Assembly: GCA_963796955.1 (NCBI GenBank)
Contig: CAWCNJ010000008.1
Coordinates: forward strand, 224,001-288,000
Reading direction: 5' to 3'
Length of the DNA stretch: 64,000 bases
DNA from: Endomicrobiales bacterium
GTDB taxonomy: Bacteria; Elusimicrobiota; Endomicrobiia; Endomicrobiales; JALOBY01
Position 1 is the first letter of the stretch, and every line of letters begins with the position of its first letter. This document shows positions 38,646 through 49,164 of the stretch, one piece after another. The notes below the pieces were generated by a model. It searched no databases. It saw only the letters and a list, made by a program, of their open reading frames with translations, and was not told where the DNA came from. Position numbers and translations under genes: made by a program.

Positions 38646-39645
38646 CATCATGGAGGTGTGCGGCACGCACACCATGTCCATTGCCAGGCACGGACTGAAA
38701 AGCATCCTTTCTGAAAGAGCGAAACTACTTTCGGGCCCGGGCTGCCCGGTATGCGTTACGCCGGTCGGCGATATCGACGTTGCGATCGCGCTTTCTAAAA
38801 TACCGAACGTCATTATCACCACCTTCGGCGATATGCTGAAGGTCCCGGGATCCACCTCGTCTCTTGAAAAAGAGCGGGCGAACGGTGCCGATGTGCGTAT
38901 GGTGTATTCCAGTGCCGATGCATTGGAGCTTGCAACTGCAAACCCGGCGAAAGAAATCGTTTTTCTCGGCATAGGTTTTGAGACCACCTCACCCGCAATA
39001 GCCGCCACCATCGCGGCGGCAAAAAAGGCCGATATCAGGAACTTCTCCGTGCTGCCCATGTTCAAGATGGTCTTACCGGCGCTGAAATATATTTTGGATA
39101 TCAAGGGCCATAAGATCGACGCCTTTATTTTACCGGGCAATGTTTCGGCGATAATCGGATCCGATACCTATAGCTTCATACCTCAGAAATACCACATTCC
39201 GGGAGTTATTGCCGGTTTTGCGCCCAGCGAAATTTTACAAGCCGTCGATATGATATTTGAACAGCTGAAGTCCGGTGTGCCCAAAGTCGGTGTAGAATAC
39301 GGTATTGTGTCGCCGGAAGGCAACCCCACGGCGAAAAGGCTGTTGAAAGAGGTTTTTTGCATACAAGACTCTACCTGGCGCGCGATCGGTAGAATACCCA
39401 AAAGCGGCATGGGTATCTGCAAAGCCTATGCCGGCTGGGATGCGTCAAGGAAATTCAAGATCACGGTACCGCCGCCAAAAGAACCGAAGAATTGCAAATG
39501 CGGCGAGATCCTGCTGGGCTTAAAACTGCCGGACAACTGCAAACTCTTCGCCAAAGCCTGCACTCCCGAACACCCGGTTGGCCCCTGCATGGTATCCAGC
39601 GAAGGCAGCTGCGCCGCACATTTTAAGTACGGAAAGGTCCTCTGA
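38623..39645 (+). CDS. hypD: Hydrogenase formation protein HypD
   Basis: MEVCGTHT, GPGCPVCVTP, GFETT, GPCMVSSEGSCAA. Confidence 0.95.
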   Translation: MKTNPKVNIMEVCGTHTMSIARHGLKSILSERAKLLSGPGCPVCVTPVGDIDVAIALSKIPNVIITTFGDMLKVPGSTSSLEKERANGADVRMVYSSADALELATANPAKEIVFLGIGFETTSPAIAATIAAAKKADIRNFSVLPMFKMVLPALKYILDIKGHKIDAFILPGNVSAIIGSDTYSFIPQKYHIPGVIAGFAPSEILQAVDMIFEQLKSGVPKVGVEYGIVSPEGNPTAKRLLKEVFCIQDSTWRAIGRIPKSGMGICKAYAGWDASRKFKITVPPPKEPKNCKCGEILLGLKLPDNCKLFAKACTPEHPVGPCMVSSEGSCAAHFKYGKVL

Positions 39646-40647
39646 ATGGAAAAAATATTATTGGCGCACGGCGCGGGCGGCAAATTAACGCATGACCTTA
39701 TAAAAACGCTTTTCAGATCGAAATTTTCAAATCCAACGCTCAACCGCATGGATGATTCCGCACTATTGAAGGCCGGCGGCGAACGTTTGGCGTTCACCAC
39801 GGATTCATTCGTGGTCAACCCGGTCATTTTTCCCGGCGGGGATATCGGTAAGCTGGCCGTCTGCGGCACTATCAACGATCTTGCCATGGCCGGCGCGCAG
39901 CCGCTTGCCATTTCTGTCGCCGCGATAATCGAGGAAGGCTTACCGCTCAGCCTGTTGAAAACCATTACCGCATCCATCGCAAAAGCTGCCGCTGAGGCAG
40001 GGGTCATTATCGCGACCGGAGACACGAAGGTGGTGGAAAAAGGCAAAGCCGATAAGCTATTCCTGACCACGACCGGGATAGGCATCGTAAAAAAGGGCAT
40101 AAAACTCTCCGGTTCTTTCGCAAAACCCGGCGATCGGATACTTATTAACGGCAGCATCGCGGAACACGGCATGGCGGTGATGGGCGCCCGCAACGATTTT
40201 AAATTCAAGTCCGCTATCATGAGCGACTGCGCCCCCCTGAACAAGCTTACCGGAGCATTATTAGCAAAGTGTCCGCAAACCCATGTCTTAAGAGACCCGA
40301 CCCGGGGCGGTGTCGCGACAACGCTCAATGAGATCGCCGAACAATCCGGCGTCGGCATCATACTGAACCAATCCGCCATCCCCGTGCAAAAAATGGTACG
40401 CGCGGCCTGCGAACTGCTGGGCATAGACCCTTTATACGTCGCAAATGAAGGGAAGGTTTTGGCTTTTGTGCCTCAGAGTCAGTCTTTAAAGGCTTTAAGC
40501 GCTTTAAAGAGCTGCAAATATGGTATACACTCAACTATTATCGGCGAGACCGTGACGGCGCCTCTGGGTGTCTGGCTTAAAACGACCTCCGGAGGGATGC
40601 GGCCTCTGACCATGCTTACCGGAGACCAGCTGCCCAGGATCTGCTGA
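39646..40647 (+). CDS. hypE: Carbamoyl dehydratase HypE
   Basis: HGAGG, TTDSFVV, GDTKVV, RDPTRGG, ANEG, C-terminal LPRIC. Confidence 0.96.
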   Translation: MEKILLAHGAGGKLTHDLIKTLFRSKFSNPTLNRMDDSALLKAGGERLAFTTDSFVVNPVIFPGGDIGKLAVCGTINDLAMAGAQPLAISVAAIIEEGLPLSLLKTITASIAKAAAEAGVIIATGDTKVVEKGKADKLFLTTTGIGIVKKGIKLSGSFAKPGDRILINGSIAEHGMAVMGARNDFKFKSAIMSDCAPLNKLTGALLAKCPQTHVLRDPTRGGVATTLNEIAEQSGVGIILNQSAIPVQKMVRAACELLGIDPLYVANEGKVLAFVPQSQSLKALSALKSCKYGIHSTIIGETVTAPLGVWLKTTSGGMRPLTMLTGDQLPRIC

Positions 40648-40663
40648 CTTTCATGGGGGAAAC

Positions 40664-41014
40664 ATGAAATATATTATAATTTTGTTGTCATGCCTGTTCT
40701 TTAGCTTGTTGCCTTTACGCGCCGCGGAATTCATGGCCAATGACCCCTACAGATCGTATGTTCAACAAGTCCACAACCAGATATCACAGCACTGGACTTA
40801 CAAAGGTACCCGTCTGAAGGCTACCGTGCATTTTTTTATTGATCGCGACGGTAAGCTGGAAGGCGTACCAATAGTCAGCGAGCCTTCAGGTGATAGCACG
40901 TATGACGCCCTTGCCGTCAGAGCTGTTTACGACAGCGAACCTTTTCCGCCTCTGCCGAAAGATTATAACGAGAAGACTTTCGAAGTGTATTTCGAATTTT
41001 CGCCGATCAAATAG
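40664..41014 (+). CDS. Secreted TonB/TolA C-terminal domain protein
   Basis: Signal peptide, I..HW, F.IDRDG, SG...YD..A.RAV....PFPPLP. Confidence 0.75.
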   Translation: MKYIIILLSCLFFSLLPLRAAEFMANDPYRSYVQQVHNQISQHWTYKGTRLKATVHFFIDRDGKLEGVPIVSEPSGDSTYDALAVRAVYDSEPFPPLPKDYNEKTFEVYFEFSPIK

Positions 41015-41045
41015 AGCTTAATAAAATAGCGGTGTCAGGAATTTC

Positions 41046-42023
41046 ATGAAAGTGCTTGTGACCGGTTCAAACGGATTCGTCGGAAGCCATATCGTTCAAT
41101 ACCTTGCCGGGCTCGGGCATGAGGTGACCTGCCTGGTCAGGGCTACCAGCGATTGCCGCTGGATCAATGGTCTGGACGTATCATGTGTGACCGGCGACAT
41201 AGAGGATCCGCGAACCTTACAGGACGCGGTCCGCGCTGTGGATGTGATCGTGCATGCGGCAGCCCTGGTACGGGCAAACACACCCGAAGAATATTTCGCC
41301 GTTAACGCGGCCGGGACCCGGAATCTCGCCCGGGCGGTATTACAGAACAATCCTTCTCTTAAACAATTCATTTTGATATCATCCCAGGCCGCGATGGGGC
41401 CGAGCCCCGCGCTGCGGCCAAAACTGATCAGCGAGACCAACACACCCGTATCGGATTATGGCCGAAGCAAACTGGCGGGTGAGCTGGAGCTTATCAGAAC
41501 GCTGGAGGGCACCGTGCCTTACACCATACTACGCCCTACCAGTGTCTACGGGCCGCGCGATAAGGATATCCTGATCTTTTTCCAGTTGATAAATCTGGGA
41601 TTAAGACCAAAAACAAGCGATCAACGGTTCATTCAGCTGCTATATGTAGATGATATACCCGTAGCGGTGGAACGCGCCATGAGCCTGCCGGCGGCACGGA
41701 ATAAGATATATTGTCTGGGTGAGCCGGCCTGGCGCACCTGGCCGCACCTGGGCGAAGTGATGGCGATAGCGAACGACCTGAACACCCGCAGCATTCCGGT
41801 GCCGGACTGGGCTTTCACCGCGACCTCATTTGTCGCCGAGACCATAGCCCGGATATCCGGCAAGCCGGCCGTACTTAACCGGCAGAAGATCGAGGAAATG
41901 AGACAGCGTTTCTGGATAGCGGATGTCACCGCTGCCGTCAGCGAGTTGGGGATGGACTTTACAAATCTCTCCAGAGGTGCTAAAATCACGTATCAGTGGT
42001 ATAAAGAAAACAAGTGGCTGTAA
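41046..42023 (+). CDS. NAD-dependent epimerase/SDR; candidate ceramide (3-keto) reductase, CerR-like
   Basis: TGSNGFVG, ISSQAA, YGRSK, LRP..VYGP.D; adjacent to spt and GNAT. Confidence 0.7.
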   Translation: MKVLVTGSNGFVGSHIVQYLAGLGHEVTCLVRATSDCRWINGLDVSCVTGDIEDPRTLQDAVRAVDVIVHAAALVRANTPEEYFAVNAAGTRNLARAVLQNNPSLKQFILISSQAAMGPSPALRPKLISETNTPVSDYGRSKLAGELELIRTLEGTVPYTILRPTSVYGPRDKDILIFFQLINLGLRPKTSDQRFIQLLYVDDIPVAVERAMSLPAARNKIYCLGEPAWRTWPHLGEVMAIANDLNTRSIPVPDWAFTATSFVAETIARISGKPAVLNRQKIEEMRQRFWIADVTAAVSELGMDFTNLSRGAKITYQWYKENKWL

Positions 42024-42057
42024 TTACATACTTATTTGTGTTTTGCAAAGGGGAGAA

Positions 42058-43362
42058 ATGCAGACAGATATTTTCAGTAAATGTGTAAAATTCAATACCG
42101 CTCACGAAATAATGGCCGCGGGGCTCTACCCGTACTTCCACCAGACCGAGTCCGGCCAGGGACCCGAGATAATTATCGACGGAAAATCCAGGGTTGTGTG
42201 TTGTTCTAACAATTACCTTGGGCTGGCGAACAATCCCAAAGTCAAAGAAGCATCACGCAGGGCTATTGAAAAATACGGCACCTCCTGCACCGGCTCGCGA
42301 TTCCTGAACGGGACGATAGACCTGCACATTAAGGTCGAACAGCGTTTCGCCAGCTTTGTCGGCAAAGAATCCGCGATCCTTTTTACGACCGGCCACCATG
42401 CGAACCTCGGCGCCATTTCCACCCTCGTAGGCAAGAATGATATAGTGCTTACGGACAAACTGGACCATGCCTCTATCATCGACGGTTGTCATTTAGCCCA
42501 TGGCGAAATGGTCCGCTACCGTCATAACGACATGGACGACCTTAAACGTCTGCTTGAGAAACATTGCGAAGCGGCAAAACTTATCGTTGTGGACGGTGTA
42601 TTCAGCATGGAAGGCGATATCTGCGACCTGCCTGAAATAGTTAAACTTGCCCGCACCTATGGCGCCAGGATCATGGTGGATGAGGCCCATTCGTTAGGAG
42701 TTCTGGGGGCCTCGGGCAGAGGCACCGGAGAACACTTCGGGCTCCAGCATGAAGTTGATGTGGTCATGGCCACCGCTTCGAAATCCCTGGCCTCCATCGG
42801 CGGCTTCATCGCAAGCCGCGAAGAAGTGATACACTACGTTAAACATCTTTCCAGATCATTGATATTTACCGCCTCCCTGCCGCCCGCGAACGTGGCGGCT
42901 ATCGACGCTGCCCTTGAGGTGATGGAAACCGATAAAACATTAAAAAAACGGTTGTGGCATAATGCGAATAAAATGAAGGAAGGATTCCAGTCGCTGGGCT
43001 TTAACACCGGCTCTTCCGTTACCCCGATCATCCCGATCACCGTGGGCGACGATATGAAGGCCTTCCAGATGTGGCGGATGCTGTTCGATGAGGGCGTGTT
43101 CTGTTCTCCCGTCGTGAGCCCCGCCGTGCCGGAAGGACACGCGATAATCCGCACCAGTTATATGGCCTCGCACACCGACGAACAGCTTGATTACGTGCTG
43201 GACCGGTTCGAGAAAGTAGGCAAGCACCTGGGGATAATCCCGGGCGGCACGCGCCGGCCCAAAGCTGAAACTAAACAGGCGCGTTTCACATTTTCCAAAG
43301 AACAAATGGCGGCTGCGACCAAGAACTGGCTGAAAAATCTATGGCCCCTGAACGGCAGGTAA
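42058..43362 (+). CDS. spt: Alpha-oxoamine synthase, most likely serine palmitoyltransferase
   Basis: GLYPYF, SNNYLGL, GTSCTGSRFLNGT, DHASIIDG, DEAHS, TASKSLAS (PLP Lys); no bio or tdh genes nearby. Confidence 0.75.
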   Translation: MQTDIFSKCVKFNTAHEIMAAGLYPYFHQTESGQGPEIIIDGKSRVVCCSNNYLGLANNPKVKEASRRAIEKYGTSCTGSRFLNGTIDLHIKVEQRFASFVGKESAILFTTGHHANLGAISTLVGKNDIVLTDKLDHASIIDGCHLAHGEMVRYRHNDMDDLKRLLEKHCEAAKLIVVDGVFSMEGDICDLPEIVKLARTYGARIMVDEAHSLGVLGASGRGTGEHFGLQHEVDVVMATASKSLASIGGFIASREEVIHYVKHLSRSLIFTASLPPANVAAIDAALEVMETDKTLKKRLWHNANKMKEGFQSLGFNTGSSVTPIIPITVGDDMKAFQMWRMLFDEGVFCSPVVSPAVPEGHAIIRTSYMASHTDEQLDYVLDRFEKVGKHLGIIPGGTRRPKAETKQARFTFSKEQMAAATKNWLKNLWPLNGR

Positions 43363-43364
43363 CA

Positions 43365-44477
43365 ATGAAATTCATAACGGTACAAACAAAAGCCGAATTA
43401 CACGATTTCATCACGTTCCCCTGGAAGATATACGCGGGTGACCCGCTGTGGGTACCGCAGCTGATAGAGGATTACGTATTTACCATGACGGAGCAGAACC
43501 CTTTCTGGGAACACGCCGAGAAAGAATTCTATATCTGTTACAACGATAAAGGTGAGCCGGTGGGCCGCATAGCCGCGATCATAGACCATAATTACATTAA
43601 GTTCCAGGATGAGAGCTGCGGTTTTTTCGGCTTCTTTGAATGCATAAACAACGTTTCGGTCGCAAAGGCTTTACTGGACAAAGTGCGCAACTGGCTGCAC
43701 CTTAAGGGCGTAAAACTGATGCGCGGCCCGATGAACCCTTCTACGAACGATGAGTGCGGTTTTCTCTGCGAAGGCTTTGATTCCGCACCCCGGCTTATGA
43801 TGCCGTACAATCCGCCGTATTATCTTTCGCTGATGGAGCAGGCCGGGCTGAACAAAGCGAAGGAACTCTACGCCTACGATATGGATGTGACGGAAGGGCC
43901 CATCAAGCGTCTGGAACGCCTTGCCGAGATCGCAAGGAAAAAGCTTCCGGGCCTCACGGTACGGCCGTTCAAACTTTCGGACTTCAAGAATGAAATATAC
44001 AAGGCGGTAAAAGTTTACAACGCCGCCTGGGAAAAGAACTGGGGCTTTGTGCCCTGGACGGAAAAAGAATTCTATACGATCGCCAATAAGTTAAAGGACC
44101 TGCTGTTGCTGGAAACAACGCTGTTGGCCGAGATCAACGGCGAACCGGTGGGAATGCTTATCGCGGTACCGGATTACAATCTGGTGATGCAGAAGATGAA
44201 TGGCAGACTCTGGCCCTTCGGCATCTTCAAGTTCCTCTGGTATAGAAGGAAGATCAAGGCTTTGCGCCTGATGATCATGGGTGTGGTCAAGGACTTCCGC
44301 CAGAAGGGGATAGAAGGCGTTATGTACTACGAATCGCTGAAAAGCTCGCAAAAACTCGGCTATACCAAGTGCGAGTTTTCCTGGATACTGGATGACAATG
44401 TGCTTACACAACGGGCCGCGGAAATGATGGGCGGTAAGTTGTATAAGAAATACAGGATATATGAAACAAACGTTTAA
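43365..44477 (+). CDS. Double-GNAT YghO-like protein; candidate bacterial ceramide synthase bCerS
   Basis: FI.FPW.IY..DPLWVP, NPFW, GRIAAI, FGFFEC, GPMNPSTNDECG, MMPYNPPYY, NWGFVP, E.SWIL.DN, K.YRIY. Confidence 0.72.
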   Translation: MKFITVQTKAELHDFITFPWKIYAGDPLWVPQLIEDYVFTMTEQNPFWEHAEKEFYICYNDKGEPVGRIAAIIDHNYIKFQDESCGFFGFFECINNVSVAKALLDKVRNWLHLKGVKLMRGPMNPSTNDECGFLCEGFDSAPRLMMPYNPPYYLSLMEQAGLNKAKELYAYDMDVTEGPIKRLERLAEIARKKLPGLTVRPFKLSDFKNEIYKAVKVYNAAWEKNWGFVPWTEKEFYTIANKLKDLLLLETTLLAEINGEPVGMLIAVPDYNLVMQKMNGRLWPFGIFKFLWYRRKIKALRLMIMGVVKDFRQKGIEGVMYYESLKSSQKLGYTKCEFSWILDDNVLTQRAAEMMGGKLYKKYRIYETNV

Positions 44478-44512
44478 CCGGTTCCGGTGACACGTACTTT
44501 AAGGAGGGGAAT

Positions 44513-44950
44513 ATGGCAGTAGCTAAGAAAGCAGCAGCTAAGAAAGCGGCGCCTAAAAAGGTAAAGAAGCAGGCGGTCCCGCAGGAAACAGCGTGTATCG
44601 CGGAGGTAATGCCAAAAGCTCCTGCGCGCGTTCGAGCCTCAAAGCCTAAGACAACGGAAGCAGCGGCCAATACAAATGAACCGGTCGTATATGTCGTTAT
44701 AGACCATCCCGTCAACAATGAGCTACTGGTCCCGGGCCATTACGCTATCCGTATCGGCGCAAGCTGGGGCGGTATCGTGGAATTCCAGATCAATGACGCC
44801 GATTGGATACCCTGCCGCCATAACGCGGGCTATTGGTGGTTTGACTGGCACAACATACCGGCCGGTAAACACAAACTCGCGGCACGGCTTGTCGATAACA
44901 ACGGCACGGTGCTGAAAAAAAGCGCGATACGCCGCGTAGAAGTCAAGTAA
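44513..44950 (+). CDS. Hypothetical protein: Lys/Ala-rich N-terminus plus Ig-like beta domain
   Basis: AKKAAAKKAAPKK; IDHP...YAIRIGA..VEFQIND..W..C....YWWFDW....G.H.L.AR; strong RBS AAGGAGG. Confidence 0.75.
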   Translation: MAVAKKAAAKKAAPKKVKKQAVPQETACIAEVMPKAPARVRASKPKTTEAAANTNEPVVYVVIDHPVNNELLVPGHYAIRIGASWGGIVEFQINDADWIPCRHNAGYWWFDWHNIPAGKHKLAARLVDNNGTVLKKSAIRRVEVK

Positions 44951-45138
44951 TGGGGACAGCGCAGCAAACGGACGAAAGAGATCCCGATCATACACGCGGG
45001 CTGCTGGCGGCCGCGATCACTCTAGCAGCTCTCGCGCTGGTGGCTGTCATTGCTGTTTCCCGGACAAAAAAGCGCAGGCCTCTTAAGATCGCCGACGTAA
45101 GAGCAGCGTACGAAGGCCTTTCGCCCGAAGAGTTTTAG
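44950..45138 (+). CDS. Small single-TM hypothetical protein
   Basis: TAATG coupling to the previous gene; hydrophobic helix followed by basic residues. Confidence 0.5.
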   Translation: MGTAQQTDERDPDHTRGLLAAAITLAALALVAVIAVSRTKKRRPLKIADVRAAYEGLSPEEF

Positions 45139-45172
45139 AAGCAAACAGCTGTTTGCCAAGGAGTTTCATAGT

Positions 45173-45604
45173 ATGGGTTCCCGAAGACACGCGCGAGAGA
45201 TCGCATTGCAGATGCTGTACCTGTGCGACAATTGCCGCTGTACTCCCACCGACGCTCGTAATTCGATCCTCAACGGGTTAGGCTCACTGCCGCAGGCCGT
45301 CAGGTCGTTCTCCCTGCAGCTTTTTGACGGCATCGCCGGCAAGAAGGAAGAACTCGACGCTATCATAGAGCAGAGCGCCGAGAACTGGGAAATGAACCGC
45401 ATGGCCTGTATTGACCGCAACATATTACGTCTCGCGGCCTTCGAGATCACGGACATGAAGGATACCCCCATCAACGTGATCATCAACGAAGCGGTTGAGA
45501 TCGCCAAGCGCTTCTCGACGGATGACTCGGGAAAATTTGTCAACGGTATTCTTGACAACATGAAAACAGCCCGCAAGAACGCGCCTCTTTTGAAAAAGAG
45601 CTGA
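45173..45604 (+). CDS. nusB: Transcription antitermination factor NusB
   Basis: RRHARE.ALQ.LY, IDRNILRLA, INEAVEIAK.F, FVNGILD. Confidence 0.95.
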   Translation: MGSRRHAREIALQMLYLCDNCRCTPTDARNSILNGLGSLPQAVRSFSLQLFDGIAGKKEELDAIIEQSAENWEMNRMACIDRNILRLAAFEITDMKDTPINVIINEAVEIAKRFSTDDSGKFVNGILDNMKTARKNAPLLKKS

Positions 45605-47620
<2,016 letters not shown>

Positions 47621-47623
47621 CCG

Positions 47624-48292
47624 GTGCTGATATTAAAAACCTCAAAACAGCGTTTCAAAAAGAATTTCTACACCGTTCTGCTGGAAGACGGCAGGCGTAT
47701 TTCCTGTTCTGATGATATTATGGTAAAATATGGCATCAGTCCGGGCGTTGACCTTGACGACAATACGCTCTCATTATTCATCATGGAGGCGCAGCGTTCG
47801 CAGGCGATGGACGGCGCTTTGCGGCTGCTGAGCCTGCAAGCACGGAGCCGGAAAGAACTTGCGGACAAGCTTAAGGCTAAAAAATATGATCCGGCTGTGA
47901 TAGAAGCCGTCCTGAAACGCATCGCGGAACTCGGCTATCTGAATGATGATACCTACGCGCGTAACCGCGTTTCCGCGCTTATTGCCCAGGGTAAAGGGCC
48001 GGCGCTGATAACATTCGATCTGCGAAGAAAAGGAATAGCATCTGCTGTTGTGAACGACCTTCTTGCAGAAGCCTCGCGACAACCCGGGCAGGATCCGCTG
48101 TACCGGGTGCGCGATGCTGCAAAGAAATATTTACGGCGTCTGAAAGAAGAAGACCCGCGCGTGATCGCCAGAAAGCTGACCGGTTTCCTGGCCCGGCGCG
48201 GTTTTGAAATAGAAGATGTAAGAAAGATCCTTCGCGAACTTCGAACGGACCAAAGCGATGATGATGATACCGGAGCCCAACATGACCAGTAA
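47624..48292 (+). CDS. recX: Regulatory protein RecX
   Basis: ALRLLS..ARS.KEL..KL, GYLNDD.YA, KG...I..DL..KG, FLARRGF. Confidence 0.85.
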   Translation: MLILKTSKQRFKKNFYTVLLEDGRRISCSDDIMVKYGISPGVDLDDNTLSLFIMEAQRSQAMDGALRLLSLQARSRKELADKLKAKKYDPAVIEAVLKRIAELGYLNDDTYARNRVSALIAQGKGPALITFDLRRKGIASAVVNDLLAEASRQPGQDPLYRVRDAAKKYLRRLKEEDPRVIARKLTGFLARRGFEIEDVRKILRELRTDQSDDDDTGAQHDQ

Positions 48293-49139
48293 AGACATTT
48301 CCCTTAGATCAGAAAGGTCCTTAAAAGTACTTTCTATCATAGCCTCAGTCTTAACGATCTTGATCGTCGGGTATGTTGATTACATCACCGGCGAAGAGAT
48401 ATCACTGGCGCTGTTTTACCTTATACCGATATCCGCCGCCACCTGGCTGCTGACACGCTGGGTTGGGATCACTCTTGCGTTGCTGTCTGCCGCTCTGGAA
48501 CTGTTCATTCATTACCTGGCCCAGCCGGACTCGATACAGACCTTCCATATCCTGAACTCGGCAGGCGACCTGTTCTTTTTCTCGTTCTTTGTTATCATAC
48601 TTTCAATACTAAAAAAACAGTACTACCACGAAAAAAAAGCAGCGGGCACCGACCCCCTTACCCGCGTCATGAACCTGCGGGCATTCAACACCTTCTCTAC
48701 CAGCGAGATAGAGCGGTCATACCGCTACAAACACGTCTTTTCAGTCGCCTATATGGACATAGATAATTTCAAGGAAGTCAACGACACCTTCGGGCACGCG
48801 GTGGGCGACGACGTGCTGAAAGTGGTCGCGATCACCATGCAGGAGTTTGTGCGTTCCACCGATGTCGTGGCGCGTGTGGGGGGCGATGAGTTCGTTATCT
48901 TCCTGCCGGAAACCGACGCTGATGCCGCTAAAACCGTTATGAATAAGATCCATGACATACTTAACCGGGTCATGAAACGCAATGAGTGGCCGGTAACCTT
49001 CAGCATCGGCGCTATAACGTTCCTTGACGCGCCGCGGGATTTCGATGAGATGATGAAGAAGACCGACCACCTGATGTACGACGCGAAAAAAGAAGGCAAG
49101 AATATGCTTAAACACGAGACCTACAAGTCACAGTGGTAA
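48282..49139 (+). CDS. Membrane-anchored diguanylate cyclase (GGDEF)
   Basis: Four TM helices, DPLT, DIDNFK.VND.FGH..GD, RxxD I-site, GGDEF. Confidence 0.92.
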   Translation: MTSKDISLRSERSLKVLSIIASVLTILIVGYVDYITGEEISLALFYLIPISAATWLLTRWVGITLALLSAALELFIHYLAQPDSIQTFHILNSAGDLFFFSFFVIILSILKKQYYHEKKAAGTDPLTRVMNLRAFNTFSTSEIERSYRYKHVFSVAYMDIDNFKEVNDTFGHAVGDDVLKVVAITMQEFVRSTDVVARVGGDEFVIFLPETDADAAKTVMNKIHDILNRVMKRNEWPVTFSIGAITFLDAPRDFDEMMKKTDHLMYDAKKEGKNMLKHETYKSQW

Positions 49140-49164
49140 ATATCCTGAACAAAAGGACCGACCG

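Noticed and set aside
39426..40424. 332-aa minus-strand ORF (likewise 54714-55691 and 23103-23810)
   Set aside because: Antisense to hypD/hypE, alaS and the TPR gene; Ser/Pro- or Phe-rich composition typical of shadow ORFs
40483..40509. In-frame 9-bp repeat (TCTTTAAAG GCTTTAAGC GCTTTAAAG) in hypE
   Set aside because: Explained by the helical peptide SLKALSALK; too short to call
42058..43362. Annotation as bioF or kbl
   Set aside because: No biotin or threonine dehydrogenase genes nearby; the GLYPYF/GSRFLNGT signature and SDR/GNAT neighbours favour Spt, though this is not formally excluded without a tree
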